From a virus (taxonomy: Duplodnaviria; Caudoviricetes): DNA of 27,701 bases. Numbering within the stretch: the first letter of the stretch is position 1; every line of letters starts with the position of its first letter. The notes below the pieces were generated by a model, which was given only the letters and a program-made list of their open reading frames with translations, ran no database searches and was not told where the DNA came from. This document shows, one piece after another, positions 25,801-27,701 of this stretch. The translations under genes were made by a program, and so were the position numbers. The DNA lies in IMG/VR virus record IMGVR_UViG_3300027956_000033, positions 1-27,701 of that record. One strand, 5' to 3'.

Positions 25801-26802
25801 GAAGCCACCGTCAACTGGCGCAGTCCGAAGCAGGTGCTGCCTATCCTGATCGAGCGTGGTCTGGATGTTGAGTCGACCAGTGAAGGGGCGCTGATGGATA
25901 CGGTGATGGGCACGGAGGCGCCGATCCCGCTGGTCAGTGCGCTGCTGAGTTACCGTTCGGCCAGCGCGTGCCTGGGCCTGCTACGCAGAGCGCAGAGCAG
26001 CATCCAGGACGATGGGCGGATCTATGCGTCGTTCAATCCGATCGGCGCGCAGACGGGCAGGACGTCCTGCTCCGACCCGAACCTGCAGAACCTGCCGCAC
26101 GATACCCGAGCTCGCGAGGCGATCCGCCCGCCGACGGGACGCGTCTTCGTCCGTGCCGACTACTCGCAACTGCAGCTTGTCATCGCGGCCTGGATCGCGC
26201 AGGACGCCGAGATGCTGAAGGTGCTCAACGACCCGCACGGCGACGTCCACCAGCGCACCGCGGAAGCGGTCGGCTGCACCAGGCAGCAGGCGAAGGCGGT
26301 CAATTTCGGGTTCCTGTTCGGCGCCGGCTCGGAGACGTTCCAGCGTGAGCAGCGGAAGAACGGCGTGTACCTGACCGAGCAGCAGGCGTGGCGGTATCGC
26401 GAGACGTTCATGCGGACGTACCGCGGCATCCGCTCCTGGCACAAGTCGCTGAGTGATTGGGGCACGGAGGAAGTGATCTACGATCCGTCGGGCTCTGGAC
26501 GTCGCCGTGCGGCAGTCTTCAGCAAGAACGTCAAGGCCAACACGCCCGTCCAGATGGTCGAAGCGCACGGTTTCAAGCGTGCCCTGCAGGTGCTCTACAA
26601 TAGCCGACATGAAGCACCGTCGGCGCGGCTCGTCATGATGGTTCACGATGAGCTCATCGCTGAGTGCGATGCCGACGACGTGGAGCGGACGCAGAAGTGG
26701 CTGTGCAAGGGCATGCTCGAGCCGATGCAGGCGCTGCTGCCAGGCGTCACCGTCCGTGTCGACGTCAAGGTGACCAGGAGCTACGCCGACAGTGACAAGT
26801 AA
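22855..26802 (+). CDS. polA: Primase - RecA-like helicase - 3'-5' exonuclease - family A DNA polymerase fusion, 1315 aa
   Basis: AEP-like FDIDDG/STHSS/DLARMFYLP; Walker A AKVKMGKT and Walker B VILDT; Exo I ALDTETTG, Exo II FDL, Exo III YAAEDA; PolA TGRTSCSDPNLQN, ADYSQLQL, RQQAKAVNFGFLFG, VHDE. Confidence 0.9.
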   Translation: MNTTTTVVVSFFRNETDVRPQPQTFTIEELFELLTKHQPRTHKRRGMLWSPFLFNGARKGENLIESTLLAFDIDDGTSPEQVEEWLEGRSYFLASTHSSTPEHWKLRVGLVLTEPIPAADFASVWHSAVAELLHGHVDPSTHDLARMFYLPTAPPGAEPYAEIAWGEPLDWRSLPRWEPPERPALPDLDGIEGLDAGVERRRAKPMLQKWCLDVANATPGERHEAILRLGRAAGGLVGSGALAYEEAYAEFLDAAEACGEVADHGLRDVDRAIRGALQYGMDEPWTPAQLGDSDDWLTAPKIKLTGSSVPVPPMGMGTGNRSSARGQPPEGVGILDPIKWRSHRQTVDLLPPDIDWFIDGILGRGLITELVAKVKMGKTTFMLQGIRAGIAGDDEYCGRAVHGPLRAAYVTEEGWQTFQIAMMRYGLNDLVDNDAFFTVFDFETEDVDAKKPNLPFVIDSLIRHATEDNVDVVILDTLSIIASLDEEDHSGRAAGVMAEVRRLSTAGFAVGILRHSRKSGGDVGDAGRGSSAISGYCDILLQIEPFKGDEDATSARVMRTKSRLGVYEPLMLEFDKATERYSSNGAVQSSQERLEAAVMKALADLNATSEEQGKTSLEVTAKSGKRKQAVTDMLKTLVAEGKVASAFRGRTVIYWLKLVIHLTHEAAEESVPGTAEQPEQVVQEPPRNPLTGVSVETLSVPENLLPEGEKREQITKRKAPTAEAIAKAAEKKAALELARLEAADAAAPTLEYLTVLTDQDLVAAIARLNTVACALDTETTGLNAKRDKLRTINLSDGQTHVVIDAWGITDWTLLQSYLDQVGTVSMHTYLFDLAFLDVIGIRVNPDKVYDVRTAAMVLESKEDWTDYRLQGIAKRHLAEHVSKAEQKRGWDAPVLRHAKLAYAAEDARVTHAAAIAVASKLQQDADVDGLWTCLALERDVQAATWWLASAGAPADRDVMREAVAEQEAKLAEHLEILNATAGEATVNWRSPKQVLPILIERGLDVESTSEGALMDTVMGTEAPIPLVSALLSYRSASACLGLLRRAQSSIQDDGRIYASFNPIGAQTGRTSCSDPNLQNLPHDTRAREAIRPPTGRVFVRADYSQLQLVIAAWIAQDAEMLKVLNDPHGDVHQRTAEAVGCTRQQAKAVNFGFLFGAGSETFQREQRKNGVYLTEQQAWRYRETFMRTYRGIRSWHKSLSDWGTEEVIYDPSGSGRRRAAVFSKNVKANTPVQMVEAHGFKRALQVLYNSRHEAPSARLVMMVHDELIAECDADDVERTQKWLCKGMLEPMQALLPGVTVRVDVKVTRSYADSDK
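23775..23850. repeat. Inverted-repeat cluster 1 (CTGTTCC/GGAACAG) in the primase-helicase linker
   Basis: ATCTGTTCCTGTTCC(23775-23789)/GGAACAGGGAACAGAT(23803-23818); AACCCCC-GGA-GGGGGTT(23834-23850). Confidence 0.75.
24861..24996. repeat. Inverted-repeat cluster 2 (CTGTTCC/GGAACAG) in the helicase-exonuclease linker
   Basis: ATCTGTTCCC 24861; GGAACAG 24879, 24888; CGAAACCCCC-TTAC-GGGGGTTTCG 24913-24936; TATCTGTTCCCG(24947-24958)/CGGGAACAGATA(24985-24996). Confidence 0.8.
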
Positions 26803-27688
26803 GCCAGCATCGCTGCGGGAGCCGCACTGGTCTGCCTCCAGGTTCATGCTCTTCGAGCAGTGCCCGAGGTTGTACAAAGACCGCTACATCGACGGCATCG
26901 CCACGGAACCGAGTCTGGCGATGCTGTTTGGATCAGCCGTTCACACTGCTCTGGAGGCACTGCACCAGGGGCAAAGGGGGACGTGTCTTACCGCTGCAAG
27001 CAGCGGCGAAGACCACTACCGCAGCGCCAGGGCGCTGTACGCAGAGCGGTTCGATGCGATGAACGCGCGGCTCGAAGAGCTCGGACTGTGCGCGCCGGCG
27101 TCGCTGTACGCCGAGGGTCTGCGGATGCTGAACCTGGTCGAAGACCTGAATCTGAATGCCGATGGTCGCAGCGAAGCTGAACGCTGGTTCACGCTGCCGA
27201 CCAAGTCGACGTGGGGTCTGCCGACGATCGGCGCGGTTGACCTGTGGTCGCCACCGTGGTCGGCGCATGGCGCGGTGGTGTGGGATTTCAAGACGACGGT
27301 CGGCGCCTGGGGCGCGGAGCGCGCGGCGCGCGAACGCTGGCAACCGATGCTGTACGCGTGGGCCTACAAGCGTGCCTATGACGTCATCCCGACGTTTCGT
27401 TACCTGGTCCTGAGCCGCGCTAGCGGAACGTCCCAAGTCTTCGACCGCGGCTGGTCGCAACGTGAGTGGCGGGAGGACTTCAGCGCGCTGCACTTCCAGG
27501 CCGAGGCGATTGCAGAAGCGATCGACCAGGGGCAGTTCGACTGTTCCCGAGGTCACGGAACGTGTCTCGAATGCGGCGAGCCGTACGGCCACGATCACGT
27601 CTGCGATGACGCGCCGCGGCCATCGAAAATCAGGCTGGTCAAGAAGCACGGTCAGACCTGGGTTCAACCTGCGCTGATCGAGGCGTAA
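26792..27688 (+). CDS. PD-(D/E)XK (RecB/Cas4-like) exonuclease, 298 aa
   Basis: WSASR....EQCP..Y..RY, FGSAVH.ALE, E...GAVD...WDFKT, Q...Y.WA, C-terminal Cys cluster. Confidence 0.85.
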   Translation: MTSKPASLREPHWSASRFMLFEQCPRLYKDRYIDGIATEPSLAMLFGSAVHTALEALHQGQRGTCLTAASSGEDHYRSARALYAERFDAMNARLEELGLCAPASLYAEGLRMLNLVEDLNLNADGRSEAERWFTLPTKSTWGLPTIGAVDLWSPPWSAHGAVVWDFKTTVGAWGAERAARERWQPMLYAWAYKRAYDVIPTFRYLVLSRASGTSQVFDRGWSQREWREDFSALHFQAEAIAEAIDQGQFDCSRGHGTCLECGEPYGHDHVCDDAPRPSKIRLVKKHGQTWVQPALIEA

Positions 27689-27701
27689 GCTACGCTGACC
27701 T

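Noticed and set aside
892-27667. Many long antisense or off-frame ORFs (e.g. 6531-7646, 7147-8289, 13391-14449, 25981-26877)
   Set aside because: Arg/Ala-rich shadow ORFs expected at high GC; they overlap motif-bearing genes and show no recognisable motifs
26792-27688. Cas4-like gene as evidence of a CRISPR system
   Set aside because: No array or other cas genes seen; solo PD-(D/E)XK nucleases are common in phage replication modules
1-27701. Integrase/attP, tRNA, reverse transcriptase/DGR, intein or intron
   Set aside because: No diagnostic motifs seen by eye; lifestyle cannot be determined from this window

Overview
This window is a ~27.7 kb, high-GC, gene-dense segment of a tailed dsDNA phage. 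It is probably podovirus-like, since no tape measure, tail tube or sheath gene is visible. The host is probably a monoderm high-GC bacterium such as Actinomycetota or Chloroflexota (inferred from the Rpf, Flp pilin, DUF3309-like protein and leaderless promoters). Layout: (i) 1-15210, + strand virion/lysis module: putative internal virion proteins, scaffold, major capsid, Pro-rich and basic small proteins, an FN3-like protein, a collagen-like fibre, putative adaptor and nozzle, an amidase and small membrane proteins, ending in an Flp/Tad-type prepilin; (ii) 15207-19196, - strand early-type genes driven by two paralogous TTGACA-N19-TAYAGT leaderless promoters; (iii) 19286-27688, + strand replication module: SSB-like protein, DUF3102-methyltransferase, Rpf-like transglycosylase, VRR-NUC nuclease, a single 1315-aa primase-helicase-exonuclease-PolA polypeptide and a PD-(D/E)XK nuclease. 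The most notable observations are the all-in-one replicase with paired changes at the steric-gate Glu and O-helix Tyr, repeat/hairpin clusters hidden in its two linkers, the phage-encoded Flp pilin, a stand-alone Rpf, and a 59-aa gene that duplicates the amidase N-terminus. All family calls come from motif recognition by eye; no database searches were run.
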